From Phycisphaerales bacterium (GTDB lineage Bacteria > Planctomycetota > Phycisphaerae > Phycisphaerales > UBA1924): a DNA stretch of 64,000 nt. Below the pieces are notes generated by a model that was not told the DNA's origin, did not search any database, and was given only the letters and a program-made list of their open reading frames with translations. The position numbers and the translations under genes are program-made. Of the stretch, positions 9,683-19,871 are shown one piece after another. The first letter of the stretch is position 1. Every line of letters starts with the position of its first letter. Location: contig OZ245777.1 of the NCBI GenBank assembly GCA_965227775.1, positions 3,262,142 through 3,326,141 of the forward strand, written 5' to 3'.

Positions 9683-11731
9683 ATGAGCAGCATTCCCGCG
9701 GGTCTGGCTCGCGCGCCCACGCTCTTCCTAGCACAGGTGCAGCTCGATCGCATCAACCGCAACAACATCGACCTGTTCAACGTGCAGCAGCGCCTGGCGA
9801 CCGGCCGCGACATCAACCGCGTCAGCGACGATCCGGTGCGCGCTGCGGCGATCTCGACGATCAACCAGTCTCTCGATCGCTCGACCCAGTGGCTGCGTAA
9901 CTTCGACACCGCCGGCACCGCGCTCGACCTGCTCGATGGCGCCCTCGGCGATGCCCAGGACTCGGCCCTCGAGGCCAAGAGCATCGCCCTCGAGTACGTG
10001 AACACGACCTTCAACGCCGACGATCGCGCCGGCGCCGCCGTCACCGTCGAGGGCCTGCTCGACAAGGTGCTGGAAGTCTCGAACCGCAAGAGCAACGTGG
10101 GCCACATGTTCGGCGGCGACTTCCCGGGCAGCCAGCCCGTGAAGCAGATGCTGGGCGGCTACCGGTTTGCTGCCTCGGGCGACGGACTGAAGATTGACCT
10201 TGGCCCTGGCATCGACGTGCCACTCACGCTCGGGCCGGGCAGCCCGCTGGGCGGCACCTCGGCCAGGGTCCGCGGGTTCGCGGAGTTGCTCGCTCCCGTC
10301 GAGCGCGACACCCCCATCGACGACCTCCGCGGCGCGCGCGGCCAGGGCGTTCGCCTCGGCATCATCGAACTCGCCATCGACGGTGAGACCGAGCGGGTCG
10401 ATCTGACCGGGGCGGACGTGGCCGGCGATGTCGCCGACGCCATCGAGGCGGGCATCCGCCGGATCGAGGACCGAACCGGGCGAACGCTGCTGGGTCCGCA
10501 GGGCGTGCGCTTCGAGGCGCGGTCGTTGCGCATCGACCTCATGGCCGAAGATGCGACCGGGCCCGTGCCGGGGCTGACGTTCGGCGAGATCGCCGAGGGC
10601 ACCACCGCGGCCGATCTTGGCCTGGGCGTAGCAGCCGCCTTCACCGCAACCGCGAGCCAGGGCGAAGACCTGAACCCACGCCTGACCTGGCTGAGCACCA
10701 TCCCCACATTCGATGACCAGCCGCTTGGCCAGATCCGCATCCGCAACGGCGGGCAGACCGAGATCGTGGATCTGAGCGAGGCCCAGACGATCCAGGACAT
10801 TCGCAACGCCGTCGAGGCCACCGGCCTCGGTGTCCGCGTCGAGCTCAACAGCGAGACCGACACCATCGACCTCGTCAGCGACCTCGCCGTTGCCGTCGGG
10901 AACGGGCTGAGCGTTGAAGAGGTCGCCGGCAACTTCGATACCGCCCAGAGACTCGGAATCCGCAGTTTCTCTGCCGATACCGAAGTTTCGAGCCTCAACG
11001 ACGGCCGCGGCATCCGCATCATCGATGGCGTGGCCGACCCAGACACCGGCGTGGTCGACCCCGATCGCAACACCGACTTCCGCGTCACGCTGGGCGATGG
11101 GCGGAGCTTCGACGTCGACCTGCGTCCCGAAGACCTGACCACCATGGCGGCGATCTCCGAGCGGATCAACCAGGCCGCGGTCGACGCGGGCGTATCGGTG
11201 CCCGGAGAGTTCGAGGCCGGGCTGGTACAGACCGGGCCGGGCGGGCTTGCCCTTCGCCAATCCGATGCGTTCGCGGCCCCGATTCAGGTTGAAGCACTCA
11301 ACAGCTCGGGCTCGCTGCGAGACCTGGGGCTCGAGGGCGGCACCTACGACACCGAGGGCTCGACGCTGGTGGGCAACGACGTTGCGCAGGTTCGGGTGCG
11401 CAATATCTTCAGCGATCTGCTAGACCTGCGCCAAGCGCTGCTCGACGACGACGAAACTGGCATCACCTTTGCGGGAGAGGCGGTGGAAACCCGCCTTAGC
11501 GACCTAGCTCAGGTGCGGGCCATCGTGGGCGGCGATGCACGACGCGTGCAAGAAGCCCAGGAACTGCGGGAGGACATCGTGCTGCTAGACGAGGCAACAC
11601 GCAGCGGGCTGCAGGACACCGACTTCGCCTCTGCGGCGATCGAACTCAGCCAGTTGCAGGTGCAACTCCAGGCGGCACTGCAGGTCACGGCGACAAGTCG
11701 CCAGCAATCACTGCTCGATTTCCTGGGGTAG
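9683..11731 (+). CDS. flgL: Hook-associated protein FlgL (long central insertion)
   Basis: LATGRDINRVSDDP N-terminus; DTDFASA..SLLDFLG C-terminus; follows flgK. Confidence 0.9.
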   Translation: MSSIPAGLARAPTLFLAQVQLDRINRNNIDLFNVQQRLATGRDINRVSDDPVRAAAISTINQSLDRSTQWLRNFDTAGTALDLLDGALGDAQDSALEAKSIALEYVNTTFNADDRAGAAVTVEGLLDKVLEVSNRKSNVGHMFGGDFPGSQPVKQMLGGYRFAASGDGLKIDLGPGIDVPLTLGPGSPLGGTSARVRGFAELLAPVERDTPIDDLRGARGQGVRLGIIELAIDGETERVDLTGADVAGDVADAIEAGIRRIEDRTGRTLLGPQGVRFEARSLRIDLMAEDATGPVPGLTFGEIAEGTTAADLGLGVAAAFTATASQGEDLNPRLTWLSTIPTFDDQPLGQIRIRNGGQTEIVDLSEAQTIQDIRNAVEATGLGVRVELNSETDTIDLVSDLAVAVGNGLSVEEVAGNFDTAQRLGIRSFSADTEVSSLNDGRGIRIIDGVADPDTGVVDPDRNTDFRVTLGDGRSFDVDLRPEDLTTMAAISERINQAAVDAGVSVPGEFEAGLVQTGPGGLALRQSDAFAAPIQVEALNSSGSLRDLGLEGGTYDTEGSTLVGNDVAQVRVRNIFSDLLDLRQALLDDDETGITFAGEAVETRLSDLAQVRAIVGGDARRVQEAQELREDIVLLDEATRSGLQDTDFASAAIELSQLQVQLQAALQVTATSRQQSLLDFLG

Positions 11732-11818
11732 GAACCCCAGTTCGGTTTCAAGGACTCGATCGGTACACGAAAGACATCGGCACACACGTGGGCGAACGCC
11801 CGGCCGGAGGAGTACGGC

Positions 11819-12268
11819 ATGCAAGTCAAGACGACCCGATTCGGCGTGGTGGACATCGCCGACGACAAGGTCATCACGTTTCCCCAGGGCCTCCTGGGCT
11901 TCCCCGACCACAGGCGTTACTGCCTGCTCGAGCCGGGCGAAGACGCGTGCTTCTTCTGGCTGCAATCGGTGGACGAACCGGCGCTCGCGTTCGTGCTGAC
12001 AGATCCGGCCCTCTTCTTCAAGGAGTACGAGGTGCCGATCCGTCCCGAGCAGGCCGAGGCGCTCAGCATCGAGAAGATGGATGAGGCCCAGGTCTTTGTG
12101 ATCGTGAACAAGGTGGGCGAGGTCCTGACGGCCAACCTGCAGGGCCCACTGCTCATCAACACCCTGAACCTCAGCGGGCAGCAGCTCGTGCTCGCCGACA
12201 AGCGGTGGTCGACCAGGCACACCATCATGCAAGTCGGCAGCGAGCAAGCGAAGGCCGCAACGGCCTGA
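11819..12268 (+). CDS. fliW: Flagellar assembly factor FliW
   Basis: TTRFG..ITFPQGLLGF, FWLQS, TANLQGPLLIN. Confidence 0.95.
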   Translation: MQVKTTRFGVVDIADDKVITFPQGLLGFPDHRRYCLLEPGEDACFFWLQSVDEPALAFVLTDPALFFKEYEVPIRPEQAEALSIEKMDEAQVFVIVNKVGEVLTANLQGPLLINTLNLSGQQLVLADKRWSTRHTIMQVGSEQAKAATA

Positions 12269-12335
12269 CGGCACGTGGCGATGAAGGACCGGAGCCACAT
12301 CAACACCCCCACCGATGGGGGGACGGAGCGCAGGG

Positions 12336-12701
12336 ATGCTGGTGCTGTCAAGGCAACTAGACGAGACGATCATGATCGGCGACGCGGTGGAGATCACCAT
12401 CGTCGATATCCGCGGGGACAAGGTCCGGCTGGGCATCAACGCCCCAGCCCAGGTCGCCGTCCATCGCAAAGAGGTGTACGAGGCCATCAAGGCCGAGAAC
12501 AGGCGCGCTGCCGAGGCCAACGGCAACGAGTTCGGTGCGCTCAGCTCGGCCATCAGGCCCGGCAGGCGAGCTGGTCTCAGCCCGGCCGGCCGCATCGGCC
12601 AGAGCAACGGGTCGGCCAGCAGCAACGGCGCCGACACGGTGCCAAAGGCCGCTCGACCACAAGCAACCAACAACGACTCGCGCAGGCAGGCTTCGACCTG
12701 A
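12336..12701 (+). CDS. csrA: Translational regulator CsrA with long C-terminal tail
   Basis: [34 protein letters not shown]. Confidence 0.95.
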   Translation: MLVLSRQLDETIMIGDAVEITIVDIRGDKVRLGINAPAQVAVHRKEVYEAIKAENRRAAEANGNEFGALSSAIRPGRRAGLSPAGRIGQSNGSASSNGADTVPKAARPQATNNDSRRQAST

Positions 12702-12742
12702 CCGGCATCACGCCTTGCGGGCCAAAGGCCCACGTCGCATCG

Positions 12743-12798
12743 ACGGACAGTTCCAGCAGGCCGCGACGGAGTGCGGCTGAGGCTCACGGAGGATCGCG
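12743..12798 (+). promoter_or_regulatory. CsrA-type binding sites in flagellin 1 leader
   Basis: ACGGA at 12743, 12766 (loop of hairpin gccgcg-ACGGAG-tgcggc) and 12786 (overlapping the SD). Confidence 0.65.
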
Positions 12799-14358
12799 AT
12801 GACTCGCATCAATACCAACGTCCCAAGCATGATCGCCCGATCAAACCTCTCGCGGACCAACCGCGAGCTGGATACCCGGCTCGAGCGACTCTCGACGGGA
12901 CTGCGGATCAACCGCGGTGCCGACGACCCAGCCGGGCTGATCATCTCCGAGCGGTTGCGGTCCAACATCCGCGGTGCCGAGCAGGGCATCAAGAATTCCG
13001 AGCGCGCTTCGGCGGTCATCGCGACCACCGAAGGGTCGCTCACCGAGGTCAACGACCTGCTCAACTCGATCAAGGCCCTGGTCGTCGAGGCGGCCAACAC
13101 CGGCGCCTTCTCCGACGAGGAGATCGCGGCGAACCAGGCACAGATCGACTCGGCCATCGACTCGATCACCCGAATCGCCGACACCGCACGCTTCGGCGAT
13201 CTGCGGCTGCTCGACGGCTCGCTTGGGTACCAGACTTCGGGCATCGCGACGTCCGCAGTGGCCAAGGCCAACGTGCGAGCAGCCAGCTTCTCCCAGGGAG
13301 ACTCGCTGGACGTCAATATCGAGATTCTCAACTCGGCACAGCAGGGCGGGCTGTACGTCCGCGGAGACTTGCCCACGCCTGGTGCGGCCGAGAACGGCAC
13401 GATCCTGTCCACTGTGGTCCTCGAGGTCCGCGGTCCGGACGGGGTCGTCAGCCTCGAGTTCACCTCGGGCCAGACATTCGACGAGGTCGCAAGCGCGATC
13501 AACAGGCTCACGCCCTCGACCGGCGTGACGGCCGAGCTTATCAACGGCGACGCGACCAGCGGCCTTGTCTTCTTCAGCGAGGGCTACGGGACTCGGTCGT
13601 TCGTGTCCGTCGAGCGACTGCAGGACCCCGGGCCTCTCGGCGCCTGGGAGACGTACAAGTTCGCCGACGAGCTCGCCATCGGCGACAACAACCCCTTCCC
13701 GTGGGGCACCGTGGGTACCGACCTGCTCACCGCGGTTCGAGACCAAGGCCGAGACGTCCAGGCGATCATCAACGGTGCCCTTGCAAACGGCGACGGGCTG
13801 AGCGTGAAGACCGCGAGCACCCAGCTGTCGCTGGACCTCATCCTTACGGAAGAACTCGCAACCCTTGCCGGAGCAACGTCGTCGTTCGACATCACGGGTG
13901 GTGGCTCGCTCTTCCAGCTTGGCTCGGAGGTTGTTGCTCAGCAACAGGTGAACTTTGGCATCAACTCCGTTGCGGCGTCTCGCCTTGGCGGCACGATCGT
14001 CGATGGCTCGCTCGAGTTCCTCGAGTCGCTCAAGTCGGGCCGAGAGAACAGCCTTGCCAGCAGCAAGGACCGCGGAAACTTCACTGCCGCAAGCCGCATC
14101 ACCGACACCGCGATCGACGAGATCACCATCGTCCGCGGGCGGCTGGGCTCCTTCGAGCGAAACACGCTGCAGACCAACATCCGCTCGCTCGCTCTGGCGG
14201 TCGAGAATCTGACGGCGAGCGAATCGCTGATCCGAGACGCCGACTTCGCGAAGGAAACGAGCATGCTGACTCGGTCGCAGATCCTGGCCAGCTCGGGCAC
14301 CACGGTGCTCGGCATCGCCAACCAGCAGGCCCAGAGCGTGCTGCAGCTGCTCGGCTAG
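12799..14358 (+). CDS. fliC: Flagellin 1
   Basis: MTRINTNV..ERLSTGLRINRGADDPAGL; IRDADFAKE..QSVLQLLG. Confidence 0.97.
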   Translation: MTRINTNVPSMIARSNLSRTNRELDTRLERLSTGLRINRGADDPAGLIISERLRSNIRGAEQGIKNSERASAVIATTEGSLTEVNDLLNSIKALVVEAANTGAFSDEEIAANQAQIDSAIDSITRIADTARFGDLRLLDGSLGYQTSGIATSAVAKANVRAASFSQGDSLDVNIEILNSAQQGGLYVRGDLPTPGAAENGTILSTVVLEVRGPDGVVSLEFTSGQTFDEVASAINRLTPSTGVTAELINGDATSGLVFFSEGYGTRSFVSVERLQDPGPLGAWETYKFADELAIGDNNPFPWGTVGTDLLTAVRDQGRDVQAIINGALANGDGLSVKTASTQLSLDLILTEELATLAGATSSFDITGGGSLFQLGSEVVAQQQVNFGINSVAASRLGGTIVDGSLEFLESLKSGRENSLASSKDRGNFTAASRITDTAIDEITIVRGRLGSFERNTLQTNIRSLALAVENLTASESLIRDADFAKETSMLTRSQILASSGTTVLGIANQQAQSVLQLLG

Positions 14359-14400
14359 GTCCAATAACAAGACAGCTGCCCCGTAAGGGCGGTTATCAGA

Positions 14401-14455
14401 CTCTCATCGCACGCGATGCGGCCCGGTTTGCCCCGGGCCGCGTCGCGTTAGAGAG
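14401..14455 (+). terminator. Long GC-rich hairpin between the two flagellins (terminator or mRNA-stability element)
   Basis: acgcgatgcggcccgg-tttgcc-ccgggccgcgtcgcgt (14411-14448), extendable by ctctc/gagag; no immediate U-tract. Confidence 0.5.
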
Positions 14456-14533
14456 CGATTTTCTGGTTTTGGGCAAGACGGACTGAATTGGCGTTTTGCT
14501 TCCGTCGATCCATCCTCCGACGCACGGGCTAGC

Positions 14534-14644
14534 CCCTGGTATGGACGCCAGGGCGGCGGCGTGCGGAATGGGCGGGGCAGCAGCCCCGCGGTGACGCCCG
14601 GTGCCGCGAGTATGCGGGGCACGGGTCCACGGAGGATCGTCGCA
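14534..14644 (+). promoter_or_regulatory. CsrA-type binding sites in flagellin 2 leader
   Basis: Hairpin ccctggt-ATGGAC-gccaggg (14534-14553) and gtcc-ACGGA-ggat over the SD. Confidence 0.65.
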
Positions 14645-16168
14645 ATGAGTCGGATCAACACGAACGTGCAGTCGCTTCTTGCCCAGCGCGTGCTTGGCAT
14701 GAACAACAAGAACCTGAACCAGTCGCTCGAGCGGCTGTCCACCGGTACCCGCATCAACCGCGGCAAGGACGACCCGGCGGGTCTGATTGCTTCGGAGAAC
14801 CTGCGGGCCGAGGCTACCGCACTGACCAGCGCCATCGGCAACGCCGAGCGCGCCGACCAGGTGATCAACATCGCCGAGGGCGGCCTTCAGGAGGTCTCGA
14901 ACCTCCTGAACGAGCTCCAGGGCCTGCTGACCACCACGGCCAACCAGGCCGGCTTGGGTGAGCAGGAGAAGCTGGCCAACCAGCAGCAGGTCGACTCGAT
15001 CCTGCAGACGATCGATCGCATCGCGTCGGCGACCAGCTTCCAGGGCACCAAGCTGCTGAACGGCAGCTTCGACTATCGCGCCCAGGACGTCGCCAGCGAG
15101 GTCACTGACTTCAAGATCAACGGTGCCAAGTTCGAGAGCGCCACGCTCGATGTTGACGCCCTCGTCACCCAGTCTGCCCAGCAGGCCGGTTTCTTCCTGT
15201 CCACCACGGGCAGCCTCGACCTCAACGGCAGCGGCGACGACTTCCGCGTCGAGATCGGCGGCCGTCTGGGCAGCCGCGAGTTCAGCTTCAGCTCGGGCGT
15301 GGCCAACGCCGACATTGCCGCGGCAATCAACAACTTCAGCGAGGTTACTGGCGTCACGGCCACCGTGTCGGGCACCGGCATCCTGCTGAGCAGCGATGAG
15401 TTCGGCGACAGTGAGTTCGTCTCGGTCAAGGTCATCGACGACGCCAGCGTCCAGGGTACTGGCGTTGGCATCTACGACCTCGAGACCGACGACTTCGGTA
15501 CGGCCAACACCACCATCGCAAGCACGTTTGCCGACGCGACCAATGAGGTCCGCGATCTGGGCCAGGACATTGCCGGCACCATCAACGGCATCCGCGCAGT
15601 TGCCGACGGCAAGAACCTGCGCATCAACACCGACTTCCTTGACATCGAGCTCACCCTCGACACCACGTCCAGCCAGACGCTGGGCGCCGTCGAGGCCAGT
15701 TCGGGCCAGCCGACGCTACAGATCACCGGCGGTGGCGCCGACTTCCAGCTCGCTGGACAGGTCGACGTGGCCGGCAAGGTGAGCCTTGGCATCTCGAACG
15801 TCGCCGTTCGGAACCTGGGCAACTCGACCGACGGCTTCCTGGGTGACCTTGCTTCGGGCAAGTCGCTCAACCTGGCCGAGGGCGACGACCTGTCGGGCGC
15901 CCAGCAGGTCGTGGAAGAAGCGATCCAGCAGGTTGCGTCGCTGCGTGGCCGCCTCGGTTCGTTCCAGCAGAACACCGTTGGAGCCACCATCCGCAGCCTG
16001 TCGATCTCGCTGGAGAACACCCGTGCGGCCGAGTCGGTGATCCGTGATACCGACTTCGCGACCGAGACGGCCCAGCTGACTCGCAACCAGATCCTGGTCT
16101 CCTCGACCACCAACATCCTCTCGCTGGCCAACAGCCAGCCCCAGTCGGTCCTCCAGCTTCTCGGCTAA
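14645..16168 (+). CDS. fliC: Flagellin 2
   Basis: MSRINTNVQSL..ERLSTGTRINRGKDDPAGL; IRDTDFATE..QSVLQLLG. Confidence 0.97.
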   Translation: MSRINTNVQSLLAQRVLGMNNKNLNQSLERLSTGTRINRGKDDPAGLIASENLRAEATALTSAIGNAERADQVINIAEGGLQEVSNLLNELQGLLTTTANQAGLGEQEKLANQQQVDSILQTIDRIASATSFQGTKLLNGSFDYRAQDVASEVTDFKINGAKFESATLDVDALVTQSAQQAGFFLSTTGSLDLNGSGDDFRVEIGGRLGSREFSFSSGVANADIAAAINNFSEVTGVTATVSGTGILLSSDEFGDSEFVSVKVIDDASVQGTGVGIYDLETDDFGTANTTIASTFADATNEVRDLGQDIAGTINGIRAVADGKNLRINTDFLDIELTLDTTSSQTLGAVEASSGQPTLQITGGGADFQLAGQVDVAGKVSLGISNVAVRNLGNSTDGFLGDLASGKSLNLAEGDDLSGAQQVVEEAIQQVASLRGRLGSFQQNTVGATIRSLSISLENTRAAESVIRDTDFATETAQLTRNQILVSSTTNILSLANSQPQSVLQLLG

Positions 16169-16202
16169 ACTGCGTAGCAAGACCTACTGAGCTCACACAT
16201 GC

Positions 16203-16234
16203 AAGGCCCGCCCCGATCTCGGGGCGGGCCTTTT
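16203..16234 (+). terminator. Rho-independent terminator after flagellin 2
   Basis: aaggcccgccccga-tc-tcggggcgggcctttt. Confidence 0.85.
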
Positions 16235-16265
16235 CCGTTGCGCAGCTTTGGCCACGCACCCACGG

Positions 16266-17243
16266 ATGCCGATAGCTCCCAAGGTGGCACAGAATCCGCT
16301 CGAGATCCCAGGCTTGGCCGAGTTGCCCCAGGCGTATCAGGATGCACTGCGCGGCTTCCTGGCGTTCCTGCGCATCGAGTGCGGCCTGAGCCACAACACG
16401 CGGCTCGCATATGCACGAGACTTGCGCGACCTTTCGACCGATCTCGTCGAGCACGGCGTGACCGATCCGAAGGACATCCACGCCCGCGCGCTGGCCGATC
16501 ACCTTGGTCGACTCTCAAGCCAGCGAGGGCTGAAGGCGCCAAGCCTCGCGCGACACCTCGCAAGCGTCCGAGCCCTCTGCCGCTGGCTGCACGCACGTGG
16601 CGTTGTGGCAGAAGACCCGACCGAGCCGCTGCTGAGGCCCGCACGCTGGAGGCGCCTTCCCAAGACACTGTCACCAAGCCAGGTGAGCACGCTCGTCGAG
16701 GCGCCGCATCCGCCCGAGCATGGTAAGGGGCCACCCCTTTGGCTGCGCGATCGCGCAATGCTGGAGCTCATGTACGCCTGCGGCGTGCGCGCCACCGAGT
16801 TGTGCGACCTGGCCGACGACGACCCGGTGCGAGACGTGGCCATCCTGCGGGTGCGCGGCAAGGGCGACAAGGAGCGTGTTGTACCCATGGGCATGCCGGC
16901 CGTGCACTGGATCGCACGCTACCGACAGGAGTGCCGGCCGCGCCTAACCGAGCGTGGCGCGCCGCACAAGGGCCGGTTGTTCCTCTCACGCAACGGCAAG
17001 CCGCTGGAGCGCACTGCGGTGTGGGTGATTGTGAATCGCTGGGCCAAGCGCGTCGGCCTCGCGGGCATCCATCCCCACATGCTCCGCCACAGCTTCGCGA
17101 CGCACCTTATGACCGGTGGGGCCGACCTGCGTGTCGTTCAGGAGATGCTGGGCCACGCCAGCATCGCCACGACGGAGATCTACACGCACTTGGACGGCGA
17201 CCGACTGCAAGAAGTTGTCGCCAAGCACCTGCCGCTGGGCTGA
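16266..17243 (+). CDS. xerD: Tyrosine recombinase XerD
   Basis: [58 protein letters not shown]. Confidence 0.9.
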   Translation: MPIAPKVAQNPLEIPGLAELPQAYQDALRGFLAFLRIECGLSHNTRLAYARDLRDLSTDLVEHGVTDPKDIHARALADHLGRLSSQRGLKAPSLARHLASVRALCRWLHARGVVAEDPTEPLLRPARWRRLPKTLSPSQVSTLVEAPHPPEHGKGPPLWLRDRAMLELMYACGVRATELCDLADDDPVRDVAILRVRGKGDKERVVPMGMPAVHWIARYRQECRPRLTERGAPHKGRLFLSRNGKPLERTAVWVIVNRWAKRVGLAGIHPHMLRHSFATHLMTGGADLRVVQEMLGHASIATTEIYTHLDGDRLQEVVAKHLPLG

Positions 17244-17253
17244 ACCGGAGCGA

Positions 17254-18159
17254 CTACATCGGGCGACGGAGCGGGTTGCCCGGGCTGTTATCGCCCATGC
17301 CGCGGTCGCGATCGGAAACCCATGAGCGGGACTTGGGTGGTTCGGCCTCCGTCGTGCCATGGTCGCCCATGGGCCGATCGACCACGCCAACGGTCCGCTG
17401 GCCGTGGTTGCTGCCGACACCCGAGGAGCGGATGGTCTCCAGTTCCTTGTCGAGCTTTCGGTCCAGCTCGCTCACGGACTGGACGATCACGCCCGCTTCG
17501 ACGCCGTCGCGGAAGCACACGAGCGAGTATCCCGCGAGGACGGCCGCCACCAGCGGCAGCGCGACGTGGGAGGCCAGCAACGCGACAGCGTCGAGCGCCT
17601 GCGGCCCCTGGCTCGATGACAGCAGTGTCTGATAACTCACAAAGGTGCCATTGAGCGGCAGGCCGGGCAGGTTGATCACGAGTGGCAATGACGCGAGACC
17701 AAGCACGGTTGACCACGTGCTTGCGCGCACGGCCTGTTCAACGCCCGGCACACTCCCACCGCCGGCGACGACCGCCCCGAGCCCTACGGCGACCCAGAGC
17801 GTCGCAACGGAGATCAGGCCGATAGAGGCCGATGCGTCGGTGAACGTGCGCAGCGTGCCGTCCCATCGGCTCAGCACCTTCTCCGGCTCGGTCTGCACGG
17901 TGCGAGCGCCACGCGTGACCGCACGACCCGTCCGAGAAGTCCGAGCCTCGCCTTGGCTTGCCTCGGGCGTGACCACGGTCAGTTGCTGGGCCGCCGGCGG
18001 CGTCTCGAGCACCGTCCAGCGGACATCCGTGAAGTGGACGAATCCGAAGGACAGCATCTGCAGCACGGCCGCGAGGATCACGGCCAAGGCCGACCAAGTG
18101 ACTGTGGTGCGAAGCTGCACCAGGGCCCCCGATACGTGAGGGCGAGCGGAATAGGACAT
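17254..18159 (-). CDS. Hypothetical membrane protein (~4 TM)
   Basis: AGGAGG SD upstream of ATG 18159; several hydrophobic segments. Confidence 0.75.
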   Translation of the reverse strand: MSYSARPHVSGALVQLRTTVTWSALAVILAAVLQMLSFGFVHFTDVRWTVLETPPAAQQLTVVTPEASQGEARTSRTGRAVTRGARTVQTEPEKVLSRWDGTLRTFTDASASIGLISVATLWVAVGLGAVVAGGGSVPGVEQAVRASTWSTVLGLASLPLVINLPGLPLNGTFVSYQTLLSSSQGPQALDAVALLASHVALPLVAAVLAGYSLVCFRDGVEAGVIVQSVSELDRKLDKELETIRSSGVGSNHGQRTVGVVDRPMGDHGTTEAEPPKSRSWVSDRDRGMGDNSPGNPLRRPM

Positions 18160-18425
18160 CGGCACGATCCTCCTGCGAGGCGCGCAACGCCTCATATGGA
18201 GGTATCGATTCCATCGGGGAACCGTCCCAGTCCTCCCACCGCCTGGCCCGTGATCGGCCGCTTGCCCAGCCGGCAGGGGCCGACCAACCAGCAGCGACGG
18301 CCCAGATTCCGGGAAGATCGGACCTGGCGGGGTAGTTTCAATTATTTCTGAAAGTATGCTGTACCGATGCCCTGTGGGCGTCAACAATGCCGTGAGCAAA
18401 AGCCCTGAACTCGGGAAGGACCTCG

Positions 18426-19871
18426 ATGCCCTCGATCTACGCAGCCCCGCCTCAGCACCCGGACATTCCGTCGAACGATCGCGGTCTGCTCGACGCGGCG
18501 GTTCGGGGTCATGCCCGCCTGACGCCCGAGCAGGGTCTGGAAATCCTCGGCACCATGCCGCTGGCCGAACTCGGTCGATGGGCCGACGCGAGGTGCCGAC
18601 AAGTGCACGGCGATACGTACCGGACCTACGTCATCGACCGCAACATCAACTACACGAACGTGTGCAGCGCGAAGTGCATCTTCTGCGCGTTCCGGAGAGA
18701 CGCCGAGGACCACGACTCGTACACGCTCGAGTACGAGGACATTTACGAGAAGATCGCCGAGCTGAGCGATATCGGTGGTACGCAGATCCTGATGCAGGGC
18801 GGCATGAACCCAGCCCTGCCTCTCGACTGGTACCTCGGACTGCTGAACGGCATCAAGGAGCGTTTCCCGCACATCCACATTCACGCGTTCAGCCCGCCAG
18901 AGTTCATCGAGTTCGTGCACTTTTTCAACCCGCCCGGCGCAACGCTCGAAGACAAGATCCGTTGGGTCATGGTGCGACTACGTGAGGCAGGGCTCGACAG
19001 CCTGCCCGGCGGTGGTGGCGAGATCTTCGCGCCGGCCGTCCGCCGCAAGATCGGGCTTGGCAAGTGTGACGCGGAGGCATGGCTGACGTGCATGTACGTC
19101 GCCCACACGCTGGGCATGTTCACCAGCGCCACCATGATGTTCGGGCACATTGAGGGATTCGGCGACCGCATCCATCACATGCGGCTGGTTCGAGACTGGC
19201 AAGACCGAGCACTGCTCGAGGGCGGCGCTCGAGACCCAATGGATGCCGGGCCGGGCGAGCCGATCGCGACGCCGAGCTTCGGGCACTACAAGGCGTTCAT
19301 CAGTTGGCCCTTCCAGCGAGAGAACACGCCGCTCGGCCGCCTCCGCGAGTGGGGCCAGGGCGAGGATGATGCGGGCGAGTTTCCTGGCGATATCGTCGCC
19401 AAGCTCGACGGCAGCGGCACGAAGGACGAGCACCCCGAGTTTGGTCGGCGACTCCGACTCGCCGGCGCGACGCAGTATCTCCGCACGCAGGCCATCAGCC
19501 GCCTGATGCTCGACAACATCTATTCGATCGGCAGCAGTTGGGTCACGATGGGCCCGCACGTTGGCCAGGTCGGGCTCAAGTTTGGTGCGAACGACATGGG
19601 TAGCGTGATGATGGAAGAGAACGTCGTGTCGTCGGCCGGCACGACGTACTGCCTGAACGAGCCCGTGCTGTGCCGACTCATCCGTGACGCGGGCTACGTG
19701 CCCTCGCAGCGCGACAACACGTACGACATCATCCGCACGCACGACGGCCTTGAGAGCCCCGACCTGCGGGTAACCGACTGGAGCGAGCATCGCGCCCGCA
19801 AGCTGCACACGCAGGCGCCTGCCGAGTCTTCGGCTGCCACGCTCACGGTCAGCGCCGGCTCACGAGACTGA
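18426..19871 (+). CDS. mqnC: Radical SAM, CofH/MqnC family (cyclic dehypoxanthine futalosine synthase)
   Basis: YVIDRNINYTNVCSAKCIFCAF (CxxxCxxC), SLPGGGGEI, ATMMFGH, GANDMGSVMMEENVVS. Confidence 0.85.
   Translation: MPSIYAAPPQHPDIPSNDRGLLDAAVRGHARLTPEQGLEILGTMPLAELGRWADARCRQVHGDTYRTYVIDRNINYTNVCSAKCIFCAFRRDAEDHDSYTLEYEDIYEKIAELSDIGGTQILMQGGMNPALPLDWYLGLLNGIKERFPHIHIHAFSPPEFIEFVHFFNPPGATLEDKIRWVMVRLREAGLDSLPGGGGEIFAPAVRRKIGLGKCDAEAWLTCMYVAHTLGMFTSATMMFGHIEGFGDRIHHMRLVRDWQDRALLEGGARDPMDAGPGEPIATPSFGHYKAFISWPFQRENTPLGRLREWGQGEDDAGEFPGDIVAKLDGSGTKDEHPEFGRRLRLAGATQYLRTQAISRLMLDNIYSIGSSWVTMGPHVGQVGLKFGANDMGSVMMEENVVSSAGTTYCLNEPVLCRLIRDAGYVPSQRDNTYDIIRTHDGLESPDLRVTDWSEHRARKLHTQAPAESSAATLTVSAGSRD

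Noticed and set aside
12703..12719. cggcatcacgccttgc as a sigma54 promoter for fliC1
   Set aside because: GG-to-GC spacing is one base too long; sigma54 spacing is strict
14484..14511. tgaa-N16-gtcgatcc as a sigma28 promoter for fliC2 (and tcaag..acgaaag before fliW)
   Set aside because: Too many mismatches to TAAA-N15-GCCGATAA to support without TSS data
16266..17243. XerD as an invertase for flagellin phase variation or an island integrase
   Set aside because: Looks like housekeeping XerD with normal composition; no inverted repeats or att sites seen around the flagellins
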